A stretch of DNA of 64,000 nucleotides from Alkalispirochaeta sp. Lineage in GTDB: Bacteria > Spirochaetota > Spirochaetia > DSM-27196 > Alkalispirochaetaceae. The first letter of the stretch is position 1. The number at the start of each line of letters is the position of its first letter. Of this stretch, positions 1 through 10,122 are shown in pieces. Made by a program: the position numbers and the translations under genes. Where the stretch lies: contig OZ271854.1 of the NCBI GenBank assembly GCA_965601925.1, forward strand, positions 640,001 through 704,000, given 5' to 3'. Below the pieces are notes generated by a model. It did no database searches and was not told where the DNA came from. It worked only from the letters and a program-made list of their open reading frames with translations.

Positions 1-26
1 TTCGCAACTTCTCAGACCGCCTCGCG

Positions 27-701
27 ATGCACGACGCTCTACCGTCGATCGCCCTCTCACAACGGGGGGCAAATAGGATCGCCGAGCGGATCGCGACACT
101 CGAGTACGAGCTCGCTCGAGCTCGCGTACTGCGCGCCCACGCCGACGTAGCGACCGAGAAGAAGGCGGAATGGCTCGATACACTGCTCGGGACGGCGCAC
201 AAGGTGCTGGGCGAGCTCCTTTCCGATCAGCCGCGGGGCGCCGGCTCGCTCGAGGCGGGGGAGATCCGCGATCGAGGGGCAGCCGCATTCGACGTCGCGA
301 TTCACGGATACGCCGTGTTTCGGTTCGACGAACTCTGCTCGATTGCCGACGTCGCGTCGGTCCCGGTGTTCAGCCCGACGGCATTTCTGGAGGGATTCGT
401 TCCTGCGCTCTGCGCACACACCCTCATGCTGAACAAACGACATTCCGGGATGCGCAACACCGAACCCGCCATACGTCTGTTTGTCGCCGGCGGCTCGGTC
501 GTGATCGAGTCGGTCGGAGATATGCCCCCTCCCGGTGCGAGTGCCGCCGTGACCGGCGGCGCGACGGGAGATCCGCTCGATCCGCTGCGTCCCAAGCTTC
601 GCGTGATTACCGAGCTCGAGGACATCTTTGCGACGTTAAGCGGCTTTCACCGCGCCGAGACCCGTACGGCCCGGGAATGGATACGGTACGAACATGATTG
701 A
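27..701 (+). CDS. Hypothetical protein, probably 5'-truncated by the window edge
   Basis: Frame is open back to the window start; stop overlaps the ptsI-like start, suggesting an operon; no recognisable motif. Confidence 0.55.
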   Translation: MHDALPSIALSQRGANRIAERIATLEYELARARVLRAHADVATEKKAEWLDTLLGTAHKVLGELLSDQPRGAGSLEAGEIRDRGAAAFDVAIHGYAVFRFDELCSIADVASVPVFSPTAFLEGFVPALCAHTLMLNKRHSGMRNTEPAIRLFVAGGSVVIESVGDMPPPGASAAVTGGATGDPLDPLRPKLRVITELEDIFATLSGFHRAETRTAREWIRYEHD

Positions 702-2691
702 CTACACCGACGGACTGCACACGACCACCATCGTGACGCTCGCCGCTCGCGAACTCCTCGGCAACCCGCGGTACGTGCGCATCGAGAGCCTGAGCGAGCG
801 GTGGCTCGTCGAAAGCCACCCCGACGCACCGCCGGACCGCGTCGACACGGAGACGGTGCGCGGGGAGCGCCACGATGAGACGTGGCGCATCGATTGGTCT
901 CACGGCGAGACGGGTGAACCGGGCGTACCGGTCGATCGCGAGCGCATTCGGGCCGTCTTTGCCCGGCTCATCGACACGCACGCCGACCCCGCATTTTCGC
1001 TTCGGGGGCTGCAGACGCACCGTGAGGCATCGCCGAGCTATTCCGGCGCACCGTTAAGCCCCGGCGTAGTGGCGGCGGTACCGACGAAAATCGACACGTG
1101 GGAACTCGATTCGATCCTCGCGTCGACCGAGTTACGACGCGAGATCGCCGAAGGCGAAATCGTCGCCGCCTCGCGCCTCGTGACGACCGAGATTCGCTCC
1201 CTCGCGGAGCGCTCGGCGAGCCGGGATGCCGCCGCGGTACTGGAGGCCCAAGCACTCCTGCTCGAGTCGTCGTCGTTCATCGGGGCGATCACGAGCAGCG
1301 TACGCGACGGCCAGTCTTTCAGCCTTTCGGTATCCTCGACCGTTAATCGCCTACGCGATCGGATTCGCGGCGTCGGCTCCTCGCTGGTGCTCGAAAAGAT
1401 TCAAGATATCGAGGATCTGGCGATGCGGCTCTCCCTCGCCGTACTGGGCACGAGCAGCACCTCCGTGAACGTGGCGGGGCGCATCGTATGCATCGACCAA
1501 CCGCAACCGTCGACGCTCTTTCAACTGACGAATGCGGGCGCCGCCGGTATTGCACTGTTCGACGCGACGGCAACGTCCCACCTCGCGATCATCGCTTCGT
1601 CTCTGCCGGTTCCGACCGTCCTGTTCGAAGGAAACGCGCCGACGCAGTTTGCCGCGGGGCCGTATACACTCGACGCGGAGTCGGGTGCGTTTTACGCCGG
1701 AACCGAGGCGTCCGGTACGAAGATATCCCTTCCACCGGCACTCGAGCTGGCCGGTGGACTGTCGCTGACCGATACCTCCATCATCGATCGCCCGGCGCTG
1801 CTTGCGAACGTGAGCGCGGAGCAGGATGCGGCCATCGCCGCCGCGGACGCGGAAGGCATCGGCCTGTACCGTACGGAACTTGCCTGGGAGTTGGTCGGAC
1901 GCATCCCCGCGGAGGACGAACAGTGTGCAACGTATCGCACCGTGTTCGCTTCGTTCGCAGGTAAGCCCATCACCGTCAGAACGGCCGATATCGGTGGCGA
2001 CAAGCCGATAGACGAAACTCTCTCCGACGCGGAGGATAACCCGTTTCTCGGCGTGCGGGGCATTCGATTCTCCCTGGCCCAGCGCGAGCTGTTTCGACGC
2101 CAGTTGCGGGCGATATTGCGCGCCGGAGTCGGATACGATGTGCGCGTTATGCTCCCGATGGTGACCACACCGTCGGAAATCGAGACGGCGCGCGAGGAGC
2201 TCGCTATTGCGGCGCTCGAGTTGGAACACGACGGCGTCGAACATCTGCGGACTCCCAAGCTCGGCATTATGATCGAAACGCCGGCGGCGGCGATCTATGC
2301 CGAGGAGTTGGCCCGTCGCGTCGATTTCTTTTCGATCGGTACCAACGACTTGGTCATGTATCTCATGGCGGTTGATCGCACGAATCAGGCCGTATCGTCA
2401 CTCTATCGCACCTTTCATCCGGTGATCCTCAGAACTCTCGATACGGTGGCAAAGGCGGCACATAGCGCATCCATACACGTATCGGTCTGCGGTCAGGCGG
2501 CCGCCGATCCGCACTTTTTGCCCTTCCTCGTCGGTATCGGCATCGATGCGGTAAGCGTCGCCCCCGGGAGTCTTCGTCGCACTCGCGACATCATCGCCCG
2601 TCTCTCACCCGCTCTATGCCGCGGATTCGCGGACCGCCTGCTGTCCGGCGAATCGTTGGCGGCCGTGTTGTCCGAGGTCGGGGACCGATAG
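694..2691 (+). CDS. ptsI: Phosphoenolpyruvate-protein phosphotransferase (PTS Enzyme I-like) with ~110 aa N-terminal extension
   Basis: TSHLAI phospho-His motif, GIGLYRTE, RTADIGGDK, EDNPFLGVRGIR, MIETP, DFFSIGTNDL, VCGQAA. Confidence 0.9.
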   Translation: MIDYTDGLHTTTIVTLAARELLGNPRYVRIESLSERWLVESHPDAPPDRVDTETVRGERHDETWRIDWSHGETGEPGVPVDRERIRAVFARLIDTHADPAFSLRGLQTHREASPSYSGAPLSPGVVAAVPTKIDTWELDSILASTELRREIAEGEIVAASRLVTTEIRSLAERSASRDAAAVLEAQALLLESSSFIGAITSSVRDGQSFSLSVSSTVNRLRDRIRGVGSSLVLEKIQDIEDLAMRLSLAVLGTSSTSVNVAGRIVCIDQPQPSTLFQLTNAGAAGIALFDATATSHLAIIASSLPVPTVLFEGNAPTQFAAGPYTLDAESGAFYAGTEASGTKISLPPALELAGGLSLTDTSIIDRPALLANVSAEQDAAIAAADAEGIGLYRTELAWELVGRIPAEDEQCATYRTVFASFAGKPITVRTADIGGDKPIDETLSDAEDNPFLGVRGIRFSLAQRELFRRQLRAILRAGVGYDVRVMLPMVTTPSEIETAREELAIAALELEHDGVEHLRTPKLGIMIETPAAAIYAEELARRVDFFSIGTNDLVMYLMAVDRTNQAVSSLYRTFHPVILRTLDTVAKAAHSASIHVSVCGQAAADPHFLPFLVGIGIDAVSVAPGSLRRTRDIIARLSPALCRGFADRLLSGESLAAVLSEVGDR

Positions 2692-2790
2692 ACTTCCGAA
2701 ACGGCCGGCGAAATAAGACTATATGCTCCGCAGCTGAGACCTCCGCGCCTCCGGTGGAGCATTGAGCGTTGATTCCCGGCGGCGACGGTC

Positions 2791-3435
2791 CTAATAAGGA
2801 TCGGGAGCGTCGGCACCCCACAGTTGCCGGAGTCGCGCGTCGCGACCGCAGCCGGTGCGGTAGGTACGATATCGAACCGGGTTCTTGAGGTAGTAGTCCT
2901 GATGAAACTCCTCGGCCACATAAAACGGACGCGCCGATAAGATCTCGGTGACGACCGGAGCACGCAGCCTCCCCGACTCGTCGAGGGCGTCTCTGCTCGA
3001 CTCCGCCGACCGCTGTTGTTGGGCATCGGCGTAAAACACCGCGGTGCGATAACTCGATCCGCGATCGCAAAATTGACCACCGGCGTCGAGGGGATCGATG
3101 TTGACCCAAAAGACGTCGAGCAACTCCTCGTAGCTCACGACGCCGGGCTCGTAGACGATTAGGACCGCCTCGTAGTGCCCCGTATTGCCGCGAGTCACCT
3201 GACGATACGTAGGATTGGCGACGATGCCGCCGGTATATCCGGAGATCGTCGCAACGACGCCGTCGACCGAGTCGTAGGGGTGCTCCATGCACCAGAAACA
3301 ACCTCCGGCAAACACCGCCACCGCTTGATCGTCTTCCAACGTGGAAAAATCGAATGCCGGCTGTTGAGCCGCAATCGACATGGAAAGAACGAGGGAGAAG
3401 AGGACGATACTGTGAAAAGAAACCACGGTTTTCAT
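2791..3435 (-). CDS. msrA: Peptide-methionine (S)-S-oxide reductase MsrA with signal peptide
   Basis: FAGGCFWCME, SGYTGG, GHYEAV, GQFCDRGSSYR, AEEFHQDYY; hydrophobic N-terminus; ATG at 3435. Confidence 0.95.
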   Translation of the reverse strand: MKTVVSFHSIVLFSLVLSMSIAAQQPAFDFSTLEDDQAVAVFAGGCFWCMEHPYDSVDGVVATISGYTGGIVANPTYRQVTRGNTGHYEAVLIVYEPGVVSYEELLDVFWVNIDPLDAGGQFCDRGSSYRTAVFYADAQQQRSAESSRDALDESGRLRAPVVTEILSARPFYVAEEFHQDYYLKNPVRYRTYRTGCGRDARLRQLWGADAPDPY

Positions 3436-3476
3436 GTGATAAAGATAGCCATAGACCGTCGAGACGGGGAGGAACC

Positions 3477-4436
3477 ATGCAGAAATCGTATATCGAGCGA
3501 CGGCGGATCGCAACGTCGCGGAACGTCTACGGCGGTCTCCTCGTTCTGATGTTGACGACTCTCTCGCCGACGGTCGCGTGGGCCGTGGATGTCCGCAACG
3601 AGATTCTCATACCGGCCCAGGGATACGTCGGGGCCGCCTACTGCCACGGAGGCTTCGCGGCGCCGTGCTTCGACTGCAGCGGCTTCGTCTCGCACTTATA
3701 CAGCCCGCACGTTCCCGGACTTCCGAGAATTTCCAACGATATGGCGCGCTTCGGGACACCGGTCGAGCGCTCGGATCTTCGTCCGGGAGACCTCGTCTTC
3801 TTCGTCACCGGAAGCCGCTCCGGGGTCGTAACGCACGTCGCGGTGTATATGGGCAACGATTCGATCATTCACGCAATATCGGACGGCCCGAATCGCGGTG
3901 TGTCGATCACGCCGTTGAGCGCTCGGTACTGGCGCACGCGGTATCACAGTGCACGCCGGGTCGTCCAATCGGCGCCCCCGGCGGCGTCCGGGGAGCACAC
4001 CGATCGCTCCATCCGTTTTGCCGACGGTGCGTACACGGGCGAGCTCCGGGACGGCGTGCCGCACGGCGAGGGACGAATCGTTCTGAACAACGGCGACGAG
4101 TACGCGGGTTCGTTCGAAGAGGGAGCGTTTCACGGCCGAGGCGTCTATCGTTGGGCTTCGGGCGAGCGCTACGAGGGCTCATTTCGCGCCGGCTCGATGC
4201 ACGGCGAAGGGGTGTTCGTCCGCGCCGACGGCCGGACGGTCGCCGGACAGTGGCGCGACGGCGCGTTGCAGCCCGAAGCGACCGCCGCGGCGCCGCCACA
4301 GCAGATCGAACGGCGCACGTATACGGAAACCGCGACCTCTCCGTGGGATACTTGGGACGGTATCGTCGAAGGCGACTTTCGCGCGTGGCTCCGGCAGCAG
4401 GAGGCCGAGTTTGAGGAGTGGAAGCGCAATAACTAA
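3477..4436 (+). CDS. Secreted NlpC/P60 peptidoglycan endopeptidase with C-terminal MORN repeats
   Basis: FDCSGF...LRPGDLVFF...HVAVY...IIHA catalytic motifs; three YxGxx..G..HGxG MORN repeats; GGAGG RBS before ATG 3477. Confidence 0.88.
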   Translation: MQKSYIERRRIATSRNVYGGLLVLMLTTLSPTVAWAVDVRNEILIPAQGYVGAAYCHGGFAAPCFDCSGFVSHLYSPHVPGLPRISNDMARFGTPVERSDLRPGDLVFFVTGSRSGVVTHVAVYMGNDSIIHAISDGPNRGVSITPLSARYWRTRYHSARRVVQSAPPAASGEHTDRSIRFADGAYTGELRDGVPHGEGRIVLNNGDEYAGSFEEGAFHGRGVYRWASGERYEGSFRAGSMHGEGVFVRADGRTVAGQWRDGALQPEATAAAPPQQIERRTYTETATSPWDTWDGIVEGDFRAWLRQQEAEFEEWKRNN

Positions 4437-4819
4437 CGGCGGAGATCGAGGGCGCGAAAGACGTGCGGTAACGATGCGGGATCGTCCGACACAAAAAGTA
4501 TCTCGCCGTCGGTCGCGATGAGTACGACGGCAAAATCGCTGTCGGCGAGACCGAGCTGGTGCGCGACCGCTTCCACATTGTAGATCGCAGGATCGACGTC
4601 GATCGCGACCACGTTGCGCGCGACGACACGATTCCATTCCGTAGAGAGGGCCAGGTTAAAGGAAAACACGCGCGGATCGTCGGTATCGGAAGAGAACACG
4701 ACGAGTACGTTCGATTCTCCCCGATATTGCTCCAGATCGAGAGCTTGACCGTACAAGACGGCGGTCGGAGCGAGGACGACGAGCATCGCAAGCCGGCGAA
4801 TCGTTACACGTACCGTCAT
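4433..4819 (-). CDS. DUF4174-like exported thioredoxin-fold protein
   Basis: Signal peptide, L..YRGESNVLVVF, FAVVLIATDG pattern typical of DUF4174. Confidence 0.65.
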   Translation of the reverse strand: MTVRVTIRRLAMLVVLAPTAVLYGQALDLEQYRGESNVLVVFSSDTDDPRVFSFNLALSTEWNRVVARNVVAIDVDPAIYNVEAVAHQLGLADSDFAVVLIATDGEILFVSDDPASLPHVFRALDLRR

Positions 4820-4967
4820 GGCACCACAGCGTACCCGCCGCCCGGGGTTTGAGCAAGACGCGTCGTCGGCACCGGAATGACGAACATGAGTGTGCGCATG
4901 CAGCCGTCGAAGGCGTTCCGGTAGTACCTTTGACCGATCCAAGCTAATCATCCAGGAGGTGTAGTCA

Positions 4968-6416
4968 ATGGTACCGATTACGGTGGCCCGAGGAGACGGG
5001 ATTGGACCCGAAATCATGGATGCGTCGTTGCGCATTCTGCAGGAGGCCGGAGCTGATATCGAGATAGAAGAGGTAATGGTCGGTGAGAAGGTATACCTTT
5101 CCGGTAATACATCCGGCATCGAGCCGGCGTTTTGGGATTCCATCCGTCGAACAAAGGTATTCTACAAGGCGCCGTTGACGACTCCTCAGGGAGGCGGTTA
5201 CAAAAGCATCAACGTCACTACACGTAAGACGCTATCGCTCTATGCGAACGTTCGTCCCGCGCGATCACTGCATCCCTTCGTCGAGACCAAACATCCCAAA
5301 CAGGACCTCGTAGTGATCCGTGAAAACGAGGAAGACCTCTACGCGGGAATAGAGCATCGGCAAACCGACGAGGTCTATCAGTGCCTCAAGCTCATATCGC
5401 GACCCGGAAGCGAGCGCATCATCCGCTACGCCTTTGAGTACGCCAGAGCCAATAACCGCCAAAAGGTCACCTGTTTTACCAAAGACAATATCATGAAGCT
5501 CACCGACGGACTCTTTCACGACGTCTTCGACGAGGTCGCCGCCGAGTACCCCGACGTTGAAAACGAGCACTGGATCGTCGATATCGGCGCGGCGAAGATG
5601 GCCGACGCACCGGAGAACTTCGACGTACTGGTCCTCCCCAACCTCTACGGAGACGTTCTCTCCGACGTCGCAGCCCAGATCGCGGGTTCCGTCGGCATGG
5701 CCGGCAGCGCCAACATCGGCGAGCACGCGGCGATGTTCGAGGCGATTCACGGAAGCGCGCCGCGCCGGGCGGGTCAGAATCTCGCCAATCCGTCGGGACT
5801 GCTGCAGGGCGGCATCATGATGTTGGTACACATCGGACAAAGCGAGGCCGCCGAACGCGTCCACAACGCGTGGTTGCGCACGATCGAGGAGGGAATTCAC
5901 ACCTACGACATCTATCGCGAGGGAGTGAGCAAACAAAAGGTCGGCACCAAGGAGTTTGCCGATGCGGTGATCGAACGCCTCGGGAAGAAACCGGAGACGT
6001 TGCAGGCGGTAAGCTACGCCGGGAGCGCCGGCGTGCCCGCAGCGACGTCGGCATCAAAACGTAAGCCGGCGGAGCGAATTCTCAAAGGTGCGGACATCTT
6101 TCTCTCCTGGGACGAGGCCGACCGAAGTCCGGAGGTGCTCGGAGAGACGCTGAGCAAAGCAAGCGACGACCGCATCAAACTCACAATGATCACCAACCGC
6201 GGCCTCAAAGTATGGCCTAAGGGGGCGCCGGAGACCTTCTGCACCGACCACTGGCGGTGTCGCTTCGAGGGCGCAACCGATGCGGTCCAACTGAAGCCCC
6301 AAGACATCGTCGACGCGCAGCAGCGGGTACTGCAAAACGGGTTCGACATCATAAAGACGGAGAATCTGTACACATTCGACGGTGTTCCCGGATACTCGTT
6401 GGGCCAGGGGCAATAG
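4968..6416 (+). CDS. icd: NADP-dependent isocitrate dehydrogenase (type with C-terminal extension)
   Basis: GDGIGPEI, KAPLTTP, RENEEDLYAGIE, NLYGDVLSD, FEAIHGSAP; C-terminal TFCTDHWRCRF and YSLGQGQ; AGGAGG RBS. Confidence 0.96.
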   Translation: MVPITVARGDGIGPEIMDASLRILQEAGADIEIEEVMVGEKVYLSGNTSGIEPAFWDSIRRTKVFYKAPLTTPQGGGYKSINVTTRKTLSLYANVRPARSLHPFVETKHPKQDLVVIRENEEDLYAGIEHRQTDEVYQCLKLISRPGSERIIRYAFEYARANNRQKVTCFTKDNIMKLTDGLFHDVFDEVAAEYPDVENEHWIVDIGAAKMADAPENFDVLVLPNLYGDVLSDVAAQIAGSVGMAGSANIGEHAAMFEAIHGSAPRRAGQNLANPSGLLQGGIMMLVHIGQSEAAERVHNAWLRTIEEGIHTYDIYREGVSKQKVGTKEFADAVIERLGKKPETLQAVSYAGSAGVPAATSASKRKPAERILKGADIFLSWDEADRSPEVLGETLSKASDDRIKLTMITNRGLKVWPKGAPETFCTDHWRCRFEGATDAVQLKPQDIVDAQQRVLQNGFDIIKTENLYTFDGVPGYSLGQGQ

Positions 6417-6433
6417 CTCGCAATCTATCACAT

Positions 6434-6463
6434 CGACCGAGGACGCCCCGGCGTTCTCGGTCG
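6434..6463. terminator. GC-rich hairpin between convergent genes (possible terminator)
   Basis: CGACCGAGGACGCC-CC-GGCGTTCTCGGTCG inverted repeat after the icd stop; no U-tract. Confidence 0.4.
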
Positions 6464-6527
6464 CACCTCACCTTCGGACACGCACCGTGTACGATTTCCA
6501 CGATCGGTAGGCGGAAGCCGGCGCTCG

Positions 6528-8096
6528 TCAGCGCAGCAACCGCCCGCCGAACCGCTTAATAACGTACTCGGTCACCTCGCTCATTGTATCGATCGAGCGC
6601 GACGAGTTTCCCGATCTGACGAAAAACCGTTCGACCGGCGGCGCACCCTTTGCGGCAATTCGGGTGTACAGCGGGACTCGTCCCTTGCGGACGTCCAACC
6701 GACAGATCTCCCGACCGTCGATGACGGGAAAGCGAATTCGGATACGATCGGCGGCAAAGGCGGTACCGTAGTGCGACGAGATGAGGTTACGCAGATGGAG
6801 CTCGAAATAGTCTTTTCCCTCGTCCTTGAGACAGCCGTAATCGGCGTCTAACCCCGCGATCTGGCCGTCGTCGGACACACCGATGAGAATCGTTCCGCCG
6901 CGATGGTTGTTAAAGGCCGCGATCGATTTAATGATCACCAACTCGAGATCCTTGTTGGGCCTCTTTTCGCGATGATCCCAGCGGAGTGACGCTTTTAACT
7001 CCAGCGACGCGGACTCGCCGCCGGCGATGCGCGCCTTGAGCTTCTCCTCGTCGGTAGCTTGGTCGATACGCGTCATGAAGTCCCGCACCAACAGAATCGA
7101 CAGGAGCGCGACGGCGCCGAATACGAGGGCGCCGACGAGTTGAAAGGGGAAATAGAGTCGTGCGATCCATAAGGCGTCTTCGGGAATGACCGTACCGACG
7201 AGAATGTCGGCGCGTCCTACGTTGAGGGTTCGCGAGTCCGTGCGCCAGGTGCGCCCCCCGTACTGGAACAGCACGTCACGAGAGAGTGCGGATACGCCGT
7301 CGGTCCGTTCGCCCAACGCCTCGGCGAGTAGGTCCGCCTCATCGCCGAAACGGATCGGCGGGCGCGCGAAGCCGGACTCGTCGAACGGTTCTGCGGTACC
7401 GGCGACCTCATCAATCGAAAAGATAAGATACTCGCCCTGGGGCAAAAGGAGAAAGACCGCCGCGTCGGAGACGCCCTCAAGCGGCTCCAGCCAGTGAGCC
7501 ATCGTGGCAAGGGGCAGGTCAAGCCACAGGTGGATCGTCGAGTCGGTCGATCGCGCACCGATCTCGGCCTCGATCGTCACTCCCGTGACGTCTTTGTCGA
7601 GGAGCGTGTACGGACTGCTGATACGAAATCGGACGCGCGATCGGATCTCCTCCACGGTAGCGATCGGCGAGTCCCACAACCGTAGGTACTCGATATCGGC
7701 GCGCCTGCGACGAGCGATCAAGGAGTCTCCGTGCTCCACGGTCGTCTCGTACCATTCATAGGTCTCGAGCGTATCGTCGAGTCGGAAGACCAACTCGCGT
7801 TCGGCATCGTCGGCTATTGAGATCGCCGAGACCGAGCCCATCGACGCAAGACTATGGAAGAGCGTGTCGGCGTAGGCGGCGGGATCACCCAACGAATCGA
7901 TGGCGCCGATCTCGACCCACAACGACGCCGAGGAGATAAATTGAAACAAGGGAGAGAAATACCCGTCGACGACCCTGAGAAAGCGCGTGGAAAGAGTGTC
8001 GACGATCGCTTCGTTGAGTCGTTCGCGAATCATCGTACTGCCGACGGCCAGAAATACGAGCGCCGCGAGCGCGGCGGACAGTAAGAGAATGGTCAA
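6528..8096 (-). CDS. Two-TM protein with large extracytoplasmic (Cache-like) domain and C-terminal Schlafen/AlbA_2 domain; start uncertain (TTG 8096, ATA 8180 or TTG 8303)
   Basis: TM1 LTILLLSAALAALVFLAV, TM2 FQLVGALVFGAVALLSILLV, then GESASLELKAS...SIAAFNNHRGGTILIGVSDDG...FFVRSGNSS. Confidence 0.85.
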   Translation of the reverse strand: MTILLLSAALAALVFLAVGSTMIRERLNEAIVDTLSTRFLRVVDGYFSPLFQFISSASLWVEIGAIDSLGDPAAYADTLFHSLASMGSVSAISIADDAERELVFRLDDTLETYEWYETTVEHGDSLIARRRRADIEYLRLWDSPIATVEEIRSRVRFRISSPYTLLDKDVTGVTIEAEIGARSTDSTIHLWLDLPLATMAHWLEPLEGVSDAAVFLLLPQGEYLIFSIDEVAGTAEPFDESGFARPPIRFGDEADLLAEALGERTDGVSALSRDVLFQYGGRTWRTDSRTLNVGRADILVGTVIPEDALWIARLYFPFQLVGALVFGAVALLSILLVRDFMTRIDQATDEEKLKARIAGGESASLELKASLRWDHREKRPNKDLELVIIKSIAAFNNHRGGTILIGVSDDGQIAGLDADYGCLKDEGKDYFELHLRNLISSHYGTAFAADRIRIRFPVIDGREICRLDVRKGRVPLYTRIAAKGAPPVERFFVRSGNSSRSIDTMSEVTEYVIKRFGGRLLR

Positions 8097-8333
8097 ACGA
8101 CGAACGAACTGTCGTACTTGATCCGAACGATCGGGTTTCCATTCGATCCGGTATAAACTGATCTGCGCCTCCCGCGTTATTGCGGTACCATACCCTCGCC
8201 GTTCGGACCGTATCAACCCGCCGAGCCCGAGGAAAAAGAGCAATAAACGGAATGAGCCGTGCGGTGAGAAATGCGTACACTCGGAGTACGTTGCGGCGCG
8301 CAACGATACGTATCAAAAAACGGGAGGATACGG

Positions 8334-9185
8334 ATGAAACACGCGGAAACGCCCCATCACTTTCGGCTCGCCGAACGCTGCATCGCGTATCTCGACGGCC
8401 ATAAACGGGAAAAGGTCGATATGAAAACGCTCTCGCAACACGTCGGCGTCTCGGAGTTTCACCTCAATCGACTCTTCTCCGAGTGGGTCGGCATTACGCC
8501 GGATAGATTCATGCGATACCTCAAAAAGGAGGTCGTTCTGTCCCACTTGGCGCAAACGCCCCTACTTGATATCGCTCTGGATGTCGGATTCGCAAGCCCA
8601 AGCCGAGTACACGAACTGATGGTGACCTATGAGGCGATGTCGCCGGGAGAGCTGCGCCTGCAGGGTCGCGGCAGTGTAATCCGCCACGCCTTCGCCGAGA
8701 CGCCGTTCGGGCGGGGATTCATCGCCGCAACCGATCGCGGGATTTTGGTGCTTCGCTTTGCCGAGGAGACCGACGCAGACCCCGTAGGCGACCTCTCCCG
8801 CGATTTTCCGCACGCGGACATGCGAGAGGATACGGCCACCGGCGACGTCCTTCGAGACCTGTTCACCACCGGCGGCGGCACATCGCGGCGTCTCCATCTC
8901 CTTTTGCGGGGAACGAACTTTCAGGTCCGAGTATGGGAGGCGCTGCTCACCCTACCCTTCGGTACCGTAGCCTCGTACGGGGACATTGCACGCGCAATCG
9001 GCAAACCGTCGGCCTCTCGCGCGGTCGGGCGGGCGGTGGGAGCAAACAAGATCGCCTACCTCATCCCGTGCCACCGCATTATTCACAAAGTTGGGACGAC
9101 CGGCGAATATCAATGGGGGATCTACCGCAAAAAGGCGCTGCTGGCGTGGGAGGCGGCGACGGTTGATCGGGGTCGCGATCGCTGA
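8334..9185 (+). CDS. ada: AraC-HTH / methylated-DNA-protein-cysteine methyltransferase (Ada-like, no N-terminal Zn domain)
   Basis: HLNRLFSEWVGITP HTH; GTNFQVRVWEAL, SYGDIA, RAVGRAVGAN, IPCHRII; GGAGG RBS. Confidence 0.9.
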   Translation: MKHAETPHHFRLAERCIAYLDGHKREKVDMKTLSQHVGVSEFHLNRLFSEWVGITPDRFMRYLKKEVVLSHLAQTPLLDIALDVGFASPSRVHELMVTYEAMSPGELRLQGRGSVIRHAFAETPFGRGFIAATDRGILVLRFAEETDADPVGDLSRDFPHADMREDTATGDVLRDLFTTGGGTSRRLHLLLRGTNFQVRVWEALLTLPFGTVASYGDIARAIGKPSASRAVGRAVGANKIAYLIPCHRIIHKVGTTGEYQWGIYRKKALLAWEAATVDRGRDR

Positions 9186-9273
9186 GTGTCGCTGCGGCGA
9201 GGCCGCGATGATCGAGAGGGGGAGGGCCGCGGGCCGCTCCCCCTTCAAAAGCCGGTGTCGGTATATTAAGACG

Positions 9274-10122
9274 ATGATTCGCGTATGCACCGCATGGGCG
9301 GTACTGCTCGGCACGATGTCACTCCCGCATACGGCGGAGACGCAGCAACCGCCGCTCATCGTCGGCACGTTTAACGTTCACTACATCAGCGACGATCAGG
9401 GGAACTTTGCGTGGGAGGTGCGAAGGGACGCGGTGGCGCGCTCGATTCGTGACGGCGCACCCGATATCATCGCATTTCAAGAGATGGAAACGTTCGAGGG
9501 CGGGCACTACAACGAGCGGAATGTGCAACTCGAGTTCTTACGCGATCGATTTCCCGAGTACGCCTTCGGTGCGGTGGGCGAGCCCGCCGAGTATCCCTCG
9601 ACTCAGCCGGTGATGTACCGCCGCGATCGTTTCGACCTTCTCGATCAGGGGTTCTTTTTCTTCTCCGCTACGCCCGATATGATCTACTCGAGATCGTGGG
9701 ACGGGCGTTTTCCGGCGTTCGCGTCGTGGGCGCGCCTGTACGATCGCCTACGGAGCGAGCGGTTCTATATCTATAACATTCACTTCGACCACGGCAGCAG
9801 GCGCAACCGTCTTATGGCCGCGGCGTTGACCGTAGAGCGCATCGCCGACCGTACCCATCCCGAGGATGCAGTACTCGTGGTAGGAGATTTCAACGCTCCC
9901 CGTTCCTTCCGCCCGGTACGTATCGTCGCCGAGGCGGGGTTTCGCGTCGCGCGCTCCCGCGGAAGTACGGTGCATTTTAACCGTGGCGTCAACGTCGTAC
10001 CGGCGATCGATCACATCCTCTACTCCGAACCGTTCCGCTTCCGAAGCGCGACGATAATACGGGAACGCTACGACGGCGTGTGGCCGTCCGATCACTATCC
10101 GGTGTTCGTCACCTTCGAATGA
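9274..10122 (+). CDS. Exported endonuclease/exonuclease/phosphatase (EEP) family protein
   Basis: TFNVH, DIIAFQE, NIHFDH, GDFN, IDHI, SDHYPV; signal-like N-terminus. Confidence 0.88.
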   Translation: MIRVCTAWAVLLGTMSLPHTAETQQPPLIVGTFNVHYISDDQGNFAWEVRRDAVARSIRDGAPDIIAFQEMETFEGGHYNERNVQLEFLRDRFPEYAFGAVGEPAEYPSTQPVMYRRDRFDLLDQGFFFFSATPDMIYSRSWDGRFPAFASWARLYDRLRSERFYIYNIHFDHGSRRNRLMAAALTVERIADRTHPEDAVLVVGDFNAPRSFRPVRIVAEAGFRVARSRGSTVHFNRGVNVVPAIDHILYSEPFRFRSATIIRERYDGVWPSDHYPVFVTFE

